This document shows positions 40,238 to 50,704 of a DNA stretch of 64,000 nucleotides, piece after piece. The first letter of the stretch is position 1; each line of letters begins with the position of its first letter. The notes beneath the pieces are model-generated. The model saw only the letters and a program-made list of their open reading frames with translations, did not search any database and was not told the origin of the DNA. The stretch is taken from contig JBDRCO010000023.1 in NCBI GenBank assembly GCA_043821645.1, positions 1 to 64,000 of the forward strand, given 5' to 3'. The translations under genes were made by a program, and so were the position numbers. This stretch comes from Pseudomonadota bacterium (lineage in GTDB: Bacteria; Myxococcota; JACRCW01; JAFGSX01).

Positions 40238-43200
40238 ATGAAGATGAACAAGTTCTTTCAATTCACCTGTTGCTCGCTGCTCATCGCCGGGCTTGCCAGC
40301 TGCGGTGGAGGTTCGCGCTTCGAGTTGGTCTTTCCTGCCGAGCTGAAGCTCGGGGAACTCAAGCCGGCGCAAAAGAAGCTGCTGCGCGCCACCCTCGAGG
40401 TGGTGGGCCTGCCTGGCGGCGAGTCTGCCATGGAGTTGTCCGAGACCGGTGACGGCTTCAGCGCTGCGGGCTATTTCGAGCTGAACATCACCGAAGAGAC
40501 ACAGGGCACGCTGACCGTGCGCCTGTATGGCCGCATGGCCGAGGATGGCGCCGAGGTCCTGCTGGTACGCCTGGCGCAACCGGTGACGCTCAAGTCCGGC
40601 ACGCACAACAGCATCAGCATCGACAAGCCCTTTATCAGCGACGGTAGCCGCGTGTTCGACGCCAACCGCAATGGCCAGAGCAACCTCAAGGACATGCTGG
40701 CCGCGATAGACCCTGGGCCGCCGGCGCCCTACGTGGCCATTGCTCCGGACAATCTGCAGTTCTTCTCGGGCATCCGCCTGGGCGACTTCGAGCGCCGCAT
40801 CGTGCTGGTGCAGAACCTGACCGAGGACGTGGTGGAGTTCTCGGCCGAGCTATTCGATGCACCCGGGGTGCTGCTCGACCGCGTCAACCGTTCAGGCGAG
40901 GCCCAGCGCGAGGGCGCCCGCCGCAAGCTCGAGGGCCCGGAGTTCAAGCTTCCGCCGCGCGGTGCCGGCGTGTTCGCGGTGTCCTTCGCACCCCTGAACA
41001 CCTTCCTGAGCTGGGGCGCGGTGAACGTCACCGTGCGCAATACCCGTACCAACGTGGTGCAGCCTCAGCTGGTGACCATCATCGCCAATTCCGGCGGCGC
41101 CCTGCAGCCCGAGCTGCCTGGCTATGCGCCACCGGCGCTGCTGCCAACCGCCGACCTCGGCGGATTCCCACCGGACCGGGTGGCCCTGTACCCCGCCGAC
41201 CGCCTTTTCGATGGCCGCGAGTTCCTGGAGAGCACGGGCCAGGTGTCCTCGCTGGACCGCACGGGTCAGACGCTACGCTGGGGTGATGCGCCGGACCAGC
41301 AGCTGAGCGCGGACCGCGTGTTCCTGGTGGAGATCCCGGCCCGGCATCGCTTCTCGGCGACACTGACCAACCTTCGCAGCGACGTGGACCTGGCCGTGGT
41401 GCAGCTTGGCACCGACGACGGCATCCCGGCTTCGGCGACAGCGCAGCACTCGCGGACCATAGGCCCCGAGGCGGTGTCTCTGCCCAAGTCCGAGGACGCA
41501 CGACGGGTGCTGGTGGTGCTGACGCGAGCCGACGCCAGCGACAACGACGCGGAGCTCGATCGCTCAGCACCCTTCACGCTGTCGACGCACGTGGTGTCGG
41601 GCCCCGAGTTCGACGAGGACGCGCCCATCGACGACACCAACCCCGAGACTCCGGAGCTGGATACCACGGGGCCCCTGGCCGGCGGCATCCGCGTGGTCCT
41701 GCGCGGCCGCGGCTTCGAGACCGGCGCCCGGGTCACCTTCGCCAACGTGCCGGCCCTGGATGTCGAGGTCACGGCGAGCGGCACCGAGGTGCACTGCACC
41801 CTGCCCCCGGGTTCGCTCGAACTCGGTCGCAACCCGGCCACCGTGGTGGTGGCCAACCCGACCAGCGGCGTCGAAGGATACGGCCAGGCCGCGACCCTGC
41901 CCGAAGGCTTCACCTACCTGCCACCGGCCCCCGTGATCACGCAGATCACTCCGCTGCAGGGGCCCGCCACCGGCGGAACGCCAGTCACCATCAAGGGCGC
42001 TTTCTTCAGTGAGCGGCTGAGCGGGCCCGACGTGTTCTTCGGAGACGTCCGGGCCACCAACGTGCAGTTCGTCAGTCCCGCCGAGCTCTCGGTGGAGACG
42101 CCCGCCCTCGCCAGCGGCTCCGGAGCGGTCCCGGTAGTGGTCACCAACAGGCTGTCCGACACGAGTACCGCGAGCAGCAACGCGGTGACCTTCACCTACG
42201 CGGCGATCAGCGGACCGGCCCCCACCCTGCTGTCCATCGCGCCGAGCAGCGGTTCCGTCGACGGCAACACGCGAGTGGTGCTCAACGGCAGCAACTTCCT
42301 CAACGGCAGCACGGTGCGCTTCGGGACACGGGCCTCGTCGTCGGTGCAGGTACTGAGCCCCACCCAGATCGCGGCCTACTCGCCGCCGGCCAGCGCAGGC
42401 ACCGTCGACCTGGCCGTGATCAACCCTGACGGCCAGTTCGTGCGCTTGACGGCGGCGTTCACCTACACGGTGCTCCCGCCACTGGCTACCGGATTTTACC
42501 CGGCGCGCATCGCCAGGTACGCGGTGGGCTCGGGCGTGGCGAACCTGGTCGTGGTCGAGGGCAGCAACTTCCGCACCGACGTGCGCGCCGAGCTGTTCTC
42601 GGTGGCAGCGCCGTCCATGGACGGTGGCGCGGCCGTCGACGCCGGCAGCGGCACCCGGCTCGAGGTTTTCGTCGATCGCGTGTCCTCGTCGGAGCTATGG
42701 CTGCGGCCACCGCTGGATCTGGCCACCGGATACTACCGGGTCCGCGTCTACAACAGCGCGGGCCAGGAATCGTCGCCCCTGGGCATGCTGCAGATCGTTG
42801 ACCTCGGCGCCGATTCACAACCACGCCCGGTCGCCTCACACGTGCTGCCAGCCACCGCCGAGTACGGAGTGGCCACGCCCGTGGTCCTTTACGGTGCATC
42901 GTTTCGCACGCCGCGCGTCTACATCGGACGACAAGCCATTTCCGGCGTCACCACCGAATCCGGTGGCGGGTCTCTGAGCTTCACCATCCCGGCCCAGCAG
43001 CAGGATGGCGCGCGCCTGCTGCGCGTGGTCAACGCCGACGACCAGTACGCATGGCTGCCCTTCACCGTGGTGCGCGACAACAGCCTCGCGATCTACGGCA
43101 TACAGCCCGCGGCCGGCCTCTGCGATGAGGGCGGGGCTGTCGTCGTCCTCTCCGGTCAGAATTTTAACAACCCCACGGTGCACTTTGCCGGGGCACGCAT

Positions 43201-46090
43201 CCCCACGACGGGCCTGCTCGGATGGTCCGCCAACGAGGTTGCCTTTCGCCGCCCCAGCACATCCCTCACGGGCGCGGTCACGGTACGGGTGACCAACCAG
43301 GACGGTGAATCAGATAGCACCCTGTTCGCGTGCGGTGACTCCGAGGTCAGCACCGACTACGACGGCGACAATATCCCCAACGCCTTCGACAACTGCCCAT
43401 ACGTGTACAATCCCATTCAGGAAGACGAAGACGGCGACCGCGTCGGCGACCACTGCGACAACTGCATCTTCGACTACAACCCGGACCAGTTCCTGGTGTG
43501 CAGTTTCCTCAGGCCGGAGACAGGGACACGCGGTGGAGCGTGCCTGCCAGACAGCACCTGCCTGGGCGGCCTGCAATGCCTGCAGCGGGATGGTCATGGC
43601 GGTGAAGGGTTCACCGTGGGCGACCCCATCTGCCACCAGCCCTGCCAGGTTGACAGTGAGTGCACGCAGGCGGGATTCACGAAGTGCGGGGTGCCCTCGC
43701 GCGAGGTCTTCTTAGCCCAGGTCGATCCCGATTACTATGCGCCCTATCCGACCCAGGTCTGCATGCGCCAGGCTGCACGTTTCGAAGAATGCTCCTGGGA
43801 TCTGGCACGCTGTGCAGACGGGTTGGTGTGCCTGCCCTCGCAGGTCCCGGCCGGGGACCAGAACGCCATCACGGACAAGGTCTTTCATTGCCAGAAGACC
43901 TGCGGCTACAGAGGGTCCTCGACCAGTCCGACCCAGGACGCCGGCGTGGATCCCGGTGATGCGAGTCCCAGTCCCGACGCTGGAGCCCCACCCGAGTGTG
44001 GCAACGAGCAATGCCTGGCCAACATCGCCGGGATGATGGAGCGACAGCCCGGCAATCCGACCTGCTACCCTCAGCAGTGCCCTGGGCCTTTCTGCTCGTG
44101 CGCTCCGGGTTTCGATTGCGTGGACACCGAAGGTGACCAGCAGGCCTACTGCATGCGCTTCCTCGGCGTGTGCGGTACCGCGGTCACACAGATCGCGGCC
44201 ATCGACCAGCTGGCCAGCGCGCCTGCCTCGACACAATGTGATGCCACGACGGGGCACCTGTGCGTGCAGGATGAGAACTACCCCTGGGTCGCGTGCTACC
44301 CCGACGCTGTCGATCAGCCCTGGCGTGGTCACTGTGCAGCTCTCTGCTCCTGGCCCTCTCCATACGGCTACCCGTTCTTCGAGAACGCGTGTGCGCAGAA
44401 CATGAGCTGCAGCACTGCCTTCACCGAGGTTGCGGACTACAACGTACCTGGCTACCAGGGAACCTCCTGCCGCGAAGACGCGGACTGCCCGAGCTCCATG
44501 CGTTGCACCCAGTTCGCCCGCAGCCGCGTGTGCACCTATGGCGCGGGCTTCTGCTCATCCCTCACGCCCGACGCCGGTGTCGGAGATGCCTCGATCGTCC
44601 CGGATTCCGCGGTCGAACTCGATGCGGGCAGCCACGACGCCATCCCCCCCACCGTCTGCGGCGACTGGCGCGTGGACAGCCCGGCCGAGACCTGCGACTT
44701 CGGTGGCGAAATCGTGGGTGCGTGCAGCCGCGTGAACTCCGGGCTCACCGGCCGCGCCTTCTGCTACAACTGCCTGTACCTCGACAAGAGTGGCTGCCAG
44801 GGCGAGGAGATCGATGGCGGCACGGTGGCCTACTGCGGTAACTACACCACCGAGTATGGCGAGGCCTGCGACTTTGGCCCTGGTTCCGAGTTCCAGCACA
44901 CCATCGCCTGCAGTGCCCTGGGAACGGGCTACACCAGCGGAACGGCCTGGTGCTACGGCTGCACCTCTCTGGATATCTCGGACTGCTCGGGAGGTGGCCT
45001 CGGCGATGCAGGCACTCGCATCGAGGGCGGGGTCTCCACCTGCGGTAACTCGACCAAGGAACCCTGGGAGGCCTGCGACTTCGGCTCCGGCTCCGAGCCC
45101 ATGCGCGCGTGCGCGGATCTCGGCCTCGGCTACACGAGTGGTACCGCGTGGTGCTGGAGCAACTGCACCAACCTGGACACCTCCGGTTGTTCGGGAGGCA
45201 CCCACCTCGACGCTGGAATCGGCGGGGACGCCAGTGTGGAACCGGTGTGCGGACTCGGTTCGTACTGCCAGGACTGGAGTGATTGCTCTGTGTGCGGGCT
45301 CACCTGCTCGGCCAACTCCTGTGTCCCGACCAGCTGCAATGGCGATGGCTGGGAATCCAACGATATGTACCAGGAGGCCTCTTACCTCGACGGCCCGGTG
45401 TCCGGGCTCACCCTCTGCACGGGGGACCAGGACTGGTTCTACACCACGGCCAGCACCACGTTCCTGGAGGATGGCAACACGATACAGCTGGAGATGATGC
45501 ATCTGCCGACCGTTCCCCCACCCACGGCCAGCGCCTATTACTTTGTTCCCGGAATCGGGGTGCAGCCTATCGCGTGGACCAACCAGGTCACCATCGCGCC
45601 GGGGCTCACCCGCTGGTGGTCCGAGGTGTCCGCGGTGGGCGACTACTTCGTGCAGTACCAGCCGGCCTCAGGAATGCAGCACTGGTACTCCCTGGAAATC
45701 TGGCAGGGGAACCCGGCCGTCTGTACACCGGACTACTACGAGGAAAACGACTCGGCTGCGGATCCCGGTTACATGGATACGGGCTTCGTCGTTGGTGGTC
45801 TGACCGTGTGCAACAACGACGAGGATTACTACGGCCCCTTCTGGCTCGTCGCTGGCCAGCGCATCCAGGTACAGCTGGCCTTCATCAGTGCCCTCGGCGA
45901 CGTCGACATCGAATTGCTGCAGGACCTCCCGGACACCTATCCCGCGGTCACCCAGTCCACAGGGGTCAGCAACACCGAGTTCATGCAGTACACGGCATCC
46001 TCGGCGATGGGTTACTTCGTCCGCGTGTACCTGGCGAGCGGAACGGCCAACCGGTACACGATTCAGATCGACCTGGACCCGGCACCCTGA
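40238..46090 (+). CDS. giant surface lipoprotein/adhesin: IPT/TIG repeats, thrombospondin type 3 repeats, Cys-rich repeats, PPC-like domains
   Basis: LASC lipobox; GGTPVTIKG-type IPT repeats; DYDGDNIPNAFDNCP; CG..E.CD x3; D.YEENDS and DEDYY motifs; start may be 40220, 40238 or 40244. Confidence 0.85.
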   Translation: MKMNKFFQFTCCSLLIAGLASCGGGSRFELVFPAELKLGELKPAQKKLLRATLEVVGLPGGESAMELSETGDGFSAAGYFELNITEETQGTLTVRLYGRMAEDGAEVLLVRLAQPVTLKSGTHNSISIDKPFISDGSRVFDANRNGQSNLKDMLAAIDPGPPAPYVAIAPDNLQFFSGIRLGDFERRIVLVQNLTEDVVEFSAELFDAPGVLLDRVNRSGEAQREGARRKLEGPEFKLPPRGAGVFAVSFAPLNTFLSWGAVNVTVRNTRTNVVQPQLVTIIANSGGALQPELPGYAPPALLPTADLGGFPPDRVALYPADRLFDGREFLESTGQVSSLDRTGQTLRWGDAPDQQLSADRVFLVEIPARHRFSATLTNLRSDVDLAVVQLGTDDGIPASATAQHSRTIGPEAVSLPKSEDARRVLVVLTRADASDNDAELDRSAPFTLSTHVVSGPEFDEDAPIDDTNPETPELDTTGPLAGGIRVVLRGRGFETGARVTFANVPALDVEVTASGTEVHCTLPPGSLELGRNPATVVVANPTSGVEGYGQAATLPEGFTYLPPAPVITQITPLQGPATGGTPVTIKGAFFSERLSGPDVFFGDVRATNVQFVSPAELSVETPALASGSGAVPVVVTNRLSDTSTASSNAVTFTYAAISGPAPTLLSIAPSSGSVDGNTRVVLNGSNFLNGSTVRFGTRASSSVQVLSPTQIAAYSPPASAGTVDLAVINPDGQFVRLTAAFTYTVLPPLATGFYPARIARYAVGSGVANLVVVEGSNFRTDVRAELFSVAAPSMDGGAAVDAGSGTRLEVFVDRVSSSELWLRPPLDLATGYYRVRVYNSAGQESSPLGMLQIVDLGADSQPRPVASHVLPATAEYGVATPVVLYGASFRTPRVYIGRQAISGVTTESGGGSLSFTIPAQQQDGARLLRVVNADDQYAWLPFTVVRDNSLAIYGIQPAAGLCDEGGAVVVLSGQNFNNPTVHFAGARIPTTGLLGWSANEVAFRRPSTSLTGAVTVRVTNQDGESDSTLFACGDSEVSTDYDGDNIPNAFDNCPYVYNPIQEDEDGDRVGDHCDNCIFDYNPDQFLVCSFLRPETGTRGGACLPDSTCLGGLQCLQRDGHGGEGFTVGDPICHQPCQVDSECTQAGFTKCGVPSREVFLAQVDPDYYAPYPTQVCMRQAARFEECSWDLARCADGLVCLPSQVPAGDQNAITDKVFHCQKTCGYRGSSTSPTQDAGVDPGDASPSPDAGAPPECGNEQCLANIAGMMERQPGNPTCYPQQCPGPFCSCAPGFDCVDTEGDQQAYCMRFLGVCGTAVTQIAAIDQLASAPASTQCDATTGHLCVQDENYPWVACYPDAVDQPWRGHCAALCSWPSPYGYPFFENACAQNMSCSTAFTEVADYNVPGYQGTSCREDADCPSSMRCTQFARSRVCTYGAGFCSSLTPDAGVGDASIVPDSAVELDAGSHDAIPPTVCGDWRVDSPAETCDFGGEIVGACSRVNSGLTGRAFCYNCLYLDKSGCQGEEIDGGTVAYCGNYTTEYGEACDFGPGSEFQHTIACSALGTGYTSGTAWCYGCTSLDISDCSGGGLGDAGTRIEGGVSTCGNSTKEPWEACDFGSGSEPMRACADLGLGYTSGTAWCWSNCTNLDTSGCSGGTHLDAGIGGDASVEPVCGLGSYCQDWSDCSVCGLTCSANSCVPTSCNGDGWESNDMYQEASYLDGPVSGLTLCTGDQDWFYTTASTTFLEDGNTIQLEMMHLPTVPPPTASAYYFVPGIGVQPIAWTNQVTIAPGLTRWWSEVSAVGDYFVQYQPASGMQHWYSLEIWQGNPAVCTPDYYEENDSAADPGYMDTGFVVGGLTVCNNDEDYYGPFWLVAGQRIQVQLAFISALGDVDIELLQDLPDTYPAVTQSTGVSNTEFMQYTASSAMGYFVRVYLASGTANRYTIQIDLDPAP

Positions 46091-46170
46091 GCCAACCCGT
46101 CCCTCGTCGCACAAGCGCGTGTGCGCGGTCGAAGGGCGTTCGTGCACGCGCTGCGCTCCCGGAGGCATGC

Positions 46171-47199
46171 ATGCCTGCTCCACGTGGTCCGGCACTCTGG
46201 TTCACCCTGGCCCTCCTCCTTGCCGTGTCGTCCGCGGCAGGGGAACAGCCTGCCACCGGCAACCCGGGCACTGCCCAGCGCGCCCAGGCCCTGGCCAGCA
46301 CCTACCTGCAGCGCGTGCCGGCCGTCGACGACGCCACCAAGCTGCGCCTGGTGCACGAGGCCCAGGTGCAGCTCGAGCAGTGCGTGAAGATGCTTGATGC
46401 CTGTGTGGCCTCGGATCCAGCTCTGGCCAGCGTGGCCCTGGCCCCCGTCCCCGGTAGCAGCGCGACGAGCGTGGGGCAACTGCACGAATCTTGCCGCGCC
46501 ATGCTCGCAACTCTGGCATCCGCGACGCCCGCACCCCCGGTTCCGGAAACCACCCAACCGGCCCCCGCGGAGCCTCCTGCCACCGCCTCGCCCGAGCCGA
46601 TCGCGACCCCGGCGGCAAGCCCCGCCGAGTCCCTGAGCCCGGTGCAGCGCCTGGACCGCGCGGCCGAGCTGTTCTCGCACGGCAGCGACACCCTCAACGC
46701 GGGCATCTCGCGTATCAAGGCCAAGACGCCCTTTGCCGCCATCGAGGCCGATGACCTGCTGTTTACGGCCGAACGCGAACTGGCTCAGGTTCAGAGCGTG
46801 TTCGACGAGGTCCTGACCGCCGAGCCCGAGCTGAAGAGTCACATGGTCGCGGACGGCGACAACCGCCTCAAGGCCGGCCTCATGCAGTCGAGCACCAAGA
46901 TCCGGCTCGAGCGAGCCACCCAGAAGCGTGGTCAGCTCAAGCCCAGGCTCAAGAAGGATCAGGTCGCCTGGACCGCGGCCTTCAAGAAGGCGATCAAGGG
47001 CGCGCGCCTGCAAGCCTTCAAGCAGCACGGCGTACCCGCGGACTTTGACGGCAATGCCCCCGAGATGACGCCAGCAGAGAAACTCAAGGAGATACCTGGC
47101 GCCGCACGCTGGCGCTACCTCAAGGACGGCTGCACCACCGAGTTTCTCTTCGACGGTTCCCAGCTCAAGGAGATCCGCAAGCAGCCCGCGGACTGCTGA
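46171..47199 (+). CDS. hypothetical secreted protein
   Basis: GGAGG RBS, signal-peptide-like N-terminus, Pro-rich linker, helical C-terminal domain. Confidence 0.7.
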   Translation: MPAPRGPALWFTLALLLAVSSAAGEQPATGNPGTAQRAQALASTYLQRVPAVDDATKLRLVHEAQVQLEQCVKMLDACVASDPALASVALAPVPGSSATSVGQLHESCRAMLATLASATPAPPVPETTQPAPAEPPATASPEPIATPAASPAESLSPVQRLDRAAELFSHGSDTLNAGISRIKAKTPFAAIEADDLLFTAERELAQVQSVFDEVLTAEPELKSHMVADGDNRLKAGLMQSSTKIRLERATQKRGQLKPRLKKDQVAWTAAFKKAIKGARLQAFKQHGVPADFDGNAPEMTPAEKLKEIPGAARWRYLKDGCTTEFLFDGSQLKEIRKQPADC

Positions 47200-47350
47200 T
47201 CGCTCGGTTTCCCGTCGCTATTCCAGGTTCGCCACCCCATGCCAGATCGTGGTGCTTCGCCCTGTTGTGGGGGCCCAGGCAACACTTTTTTACGGGCTCG
47301 CGAGGACAAGAAGCGTCGCCGGTGAAGGATGGCTCCACGAAGGGCTCGAA

Positions 47351-50050
47351 TCAACGCGATCCTGTATCACCTGTCGTCCCGGGCTCACAGTCCACGGCAA
47401 ACAGAGTCTGCAACTTGCGCAGGCTGTGCACGGTGACGTCTTCACCCAGGATGGAACGCCAGGCCTCGTGGGGCCGCACGGTACCCTCGACGGGCGATCG
47501 CAGGGTGTAAAATAGTCGCGCTCCCACGAGCTCGACAGCCACCAGCAAGGTCTTCAGGTCGACCTGGCTGATGCGGCCCTTGCGCTCGCGCTGCACGGGC
47601 CAGCTGTCCGCAGCGCCGAAGCGCTCCAGGCTCTGCCGCACGGTCTCGAGATCCCCCTCGACGACAGCCTGGTAGCGCGCGCCACCCAGGATCTCACCCA
47701 GGCCAGGCGCCTCCGGAGGCAGGGCCAGGCCGTCCTTGAGCACGATGCCGCTGGGCAGCTGTGCCTGCAGAAGCTGCAGGGCCAGGTTCACGTCGACCCG
47801 GAAGCACAGGTCGACGTCGATGAGCTCGTCGTCGCTGATCATGCCCACGGGTAGGGCCAGCGGCATGGACATACGCGGGCGCGCGCTGAAGCCACCCGAG
47901 AAGGCGACGGGCAGCCGGGATCGGGCAAGGGCACGCTGCCAGGTCGACATCAGTTCGAGGTGGGACAGGTGCACGGCCGGGGGCTGCTTGGCGAAGCGCA
48001 GGCGCAGTCGCTGCACCCTGTCGTCCCCCGGACGCTGGGCGTCCTTGAGCGGACCCTCCGGTTCGAGCTCGGGCTCGACCCCGGTCGCCGCCTCCGGTGA
48101 CGACGGAGAAGCCTGGGGCGGAGGAAGCTGAAAATCACGGTTGCTGCGGTGGTGCAGCGGGTGCTCGACCCGCTGTACGGGCGTATCCACCGCGGGCCAG
48201 TACGCGATCACACGCTGCTGCTCGAAGTCGCAGGCGCCACAGGCCCGGCAGCGATCCCCCACGCAGTCTGCCCGCGCCAGGGCCGCGTACGCATCGCGCC
48301 GCTCGCGCAGCAGGAACTTGCGCAGCACACCCACGTCGACGAGGTCCCAGGGCAAGGGGGCATCGAGGTCCCGGGGCCCAAGGTAGTCGTCGACGGACAG
48401 GCCCTGTCTGGCCAGAGCATCGAGGTGACGGCTGGCGTCGAAGTGCTCCGTCCATCCGTCCAGGTATGCGCCGGCCGCCACGGCGTCCTCGAGCACCTCT
48501 GCCAGGCGCCGGTCTCCGCGCGCATACACACCCTCGACGGTGCTCATGGCCACGTCATGCCAGCGAAGCTCGAAGCGTCCTCGGCCAAGGGCTTGCCGCA
48601 GCAGCCCCTGCTTGCGCACGACCTCGTCGGGGCCGACCTGGGCCTCCCACTGGAAGGGCGTGTGCGGCTTGGGCACGAAGGTCGACACCGAGACCGCCAC
48701 CGCGGCCCGACGGTTGAGCGCGCGCGCCTCACGCAGGGCACGCTGGGCAAGGTCCACGATGGCCAGCACGTCGTCGTCCGTCTCGGTTGGCAACCCGATC
48801 ATGAAGTACAGTTTGACTCGCCTGGCGCCTGCACCGATGGCTGCCCGCACCGAGCGCAGCAGATCGTCCTCGCTGTTGTTCTTGGCGATGACGGCGCGCA
48901 GCCTGTCGGTGGCAGCCTCGGGTGCCAGCGTGAACCCACTGGCGCGATGCCGCCCGAGCTGGCGGGCCAGCTCCGGGGTCAAGGTCTCGCTGCGTAGCGA
49001 CGGAACCGACAGCGACACCCGCCTGGCATCGAGCTCGCTCGCCAGCTCGCCGAGCAAGGGCGCGATCATCGGATAGTCCCCCGCCGACAGCGAGAGCAGA
49101 CCTGCATCGTCGGCGCCCAGGCTTTGCACCGTCTGCAGCAGGGCGCGCTTGACCGTACCGGGATCCCGCTGGCGTGTGGGCCGCGAGATCATGCCCGCCT
49201 GGCAAAAGCGACAGCCTCGCGTGCAGCCACGCTGGATTTCGACCGCGGCGCGATCGTGCACGGGCTTGAGGTGGGGGACGATCCAGCGCTCGGGAGTCGG
49301 CACCGCTTCCAGGTCCGGCACCTTGCGCGCACGGACCACCTGCACGCCAGGTTCCTCGACGTCAAAGCCCTGAAAACGGCCCTCGAAAAAGCGCGGATGG
49401 TGGCGATCCGGAAGCAGCACACCCTCGATCTGGGCCAGGGCGCTCAGCCTGTCCCGTCGGGAACGACCCCGCTGGTCGAGCAGGACGCGCGCGATCTCCT
49501 GCACCGCGAGGTCGGCTTCACCCACGAACACCGCGTCGAGAAAGGGTGCCAGGGGTTCCGGATTGCACAGCGCCGGACCACCGCCGAGCACGATGGGATC
49601 GCCATCGCTCCGCGCCCGGGCACGAACCGGGACCTTGCCGAGCTGCAGCATGCGCAGGACCGCGGCGTAGGCCAGCTCGTGGTTGATGCTGAAACCGACG
49701 ACATCGAAGGCGTGCAGGGGCGTGCGTGCTTCCAGGCCGAACAGCGGCAGACCATCCCGTTCGAGCAGGGCTGCAAAGTCTGGCCACGGCGCGTACACCC
49801 GCTCGGCCTGCACCCCGTCCAGCCTGTTGAATCCGTCGTAGAGGATCTTGAGGCCCAGGTGACTCTCGGCGACCTCGTACACGTCGGGGAAGCACAGCGC
49901 CACGCGAAGCTGCACGCTGGCCGGGCTCTTGACCACGGCGCCAACCTCGCCACCGATGTAGCGAGCGGCCTTTTGCACGTGAGCCAGCAGGGGCTCGATG
50001 TCGACGGGCTGGTTCAAGGGGCTCCTCGGGTTGTCGAAGGTCAGTAGCAC
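47351..50050 (-). CDS. TIGR03960-type radical SAM protein fused to DUF2344/TIGR03936 domain
   Basis: KAARYIGGE, FPDVYEV, RGCTRGCRFCQAG, FVPKPHTPFQW, LSHLELM...FSGGFSARP. Confidence 0.92.
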   Translation of the reverse strand: MLLTFDNPRSPLNQPVDIEPLLAHVQKAARYIGGEVGAVVKSPASVQLRVALCFPDVYEVAESHLGLKILYDGFNRLDGVQAERVYAPWPDFAALLERDGLPLFGLEARTPLHAFDVVGFSINHELAYAAVLRMLQLGKVPVRARARSDGDPIVLGGGPALCNPEPLAPFLDAVFVGEADLAVQEIARVLLDQRGRSRRDRLSALAQIEGVLLPDRHHPRFFEGRFQGFDVEEPGVQVVRARKVPDLEAVPTPERWIVPHLKPVHDRAAVEIQRGCTRGCRFCQAGMISRPTRQRDPGTVKRALLQTVQSLGADDAGLLSLSAGDYPMIAPLLGELASELDARRVSLSVPSLRSETLTPELARQLGRHRASGFTLAPEAATDRLRAVIAKNNSEDDLLRSVRAAIGAGARRVKLYFMIGLPTETDDDVLAIVDLAQRALREARALNRRAAVAVSVSTFVPKPHTPFQWEAQVGPDEVVRKQGLLRQALGRGRFELRWHDVAMSTVEGVYARGDRRLAEVLEDAVAAGAYLDGWTEHFDASRHLDALARQGLSVDDYLGPRDLDAPLPWDLVDVGVLRKFLLRERRDAYAALARADCVGDRCRACGACDFEQQRVIAYWPAVDTPVQRVEHPLHHRSNRDFQLPPPQASPSSPEAATGVEPELEPEGPLKDAQRPGDDRVQRLRLRFAKQPPAVHLSHLELMSTWQRALARSRLPVAFSGGFSARPRMSMPLALPVGMISDDELIDVDLCFRVDVNLALQLLQAQLPSGIVLKDGLALPPEAPGLGEILGGARYQAVVEGDLETVRQSLERFGAADSWPVQRERKGRISQVDLKTLLVAVELVGARLFYTLRSPVEGTVRPHEAWRSILGEDVTVHSLRKLQTLFAVDCEPGTTGDTGSR

Positions 50051-50164
50051 GCGGGTACAAGGCCGAGAAGGCGGCAGTGGAGAACGAATCCTTTTTTTTG
50101 GCCACGGCTCCTACCTGTCAGGCACCACATAGACCGAGGCTGTGGCCTCGATGGGAGAAACGCC

Positions 50165-50605
50165 ATGTCCAGCAAGCCAGAACTCATCATCAGCTTCCCG
50201 GGAAACAAGCGCGTGGATGCCCTGTTCAATGGCCACCTGATCCGTACCGACCAGAGCAAGCTGGGAGGCGGGGACAGCAGTGCGCCAGAGCCCTATGCCC
50301 TGTTCCTGTCGTCCATAGGCACTTGTGCGGGAATCTACGTGCTGGGCTTCCTGCAGGCTCGCGGCCTGCCCACCGAGGGTGTGCAGCTCAAGCAGCGCCT
50401 CGATTTTGACCCCGTGACCCGCGTGCTGAGCCGGGTCGAGCTGGACATCGAACTGCCACAGACCATTCCGGCCAAGTACCACGACGCCATCGTGCGCTCG
50501 GCGGACATGTGCGCGGTCAAGAAGGCCATCCAGGCCCAGCCCGAGTTCGATGTGCATGTGACCGTGACGGATCAGGTGACCGCTCAGCTCGGCGCCGTGG
50601 CCTGA
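50165..50605 (+). CDS. OsmC family protein
   Basis: IRTDQ...GG..SAPEP, LSSIGTCAG, ADMCAVKK. Confidence 0.88.
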   Translation: MSSKPELIISFPGNKRVDALFNGHLIRTDQSKLGGGDSSAPEPYALFLSSIGTCAGIYVLGFLQARGLPTEGVQLKQRLDFDPVTRVLSRVELDIELPQTIPAKYHDAIVRSADMCAVKKAIQAQPEFDVHVTVTDQVTAQLGAVA

Positions 50606-50704
50606 ACCGGAATCCAGCACCCTTTCTTCCGTCGCCTGCTGTTCCCCCTCGTTGTCCCCAGCCACCTCAATCTCGACGGCACGTGTCTTGCTTTTCTCGA
50701 CGCT

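Noticed and set aside
45283-46170. 5' extension of the 46171 gene suggesting a frameshift fusion with the giant lipoprotein
   Set aside because: It overlaps the lipoprotein in another frame; the downstream gene has its own RBS and signal peptide at 46171
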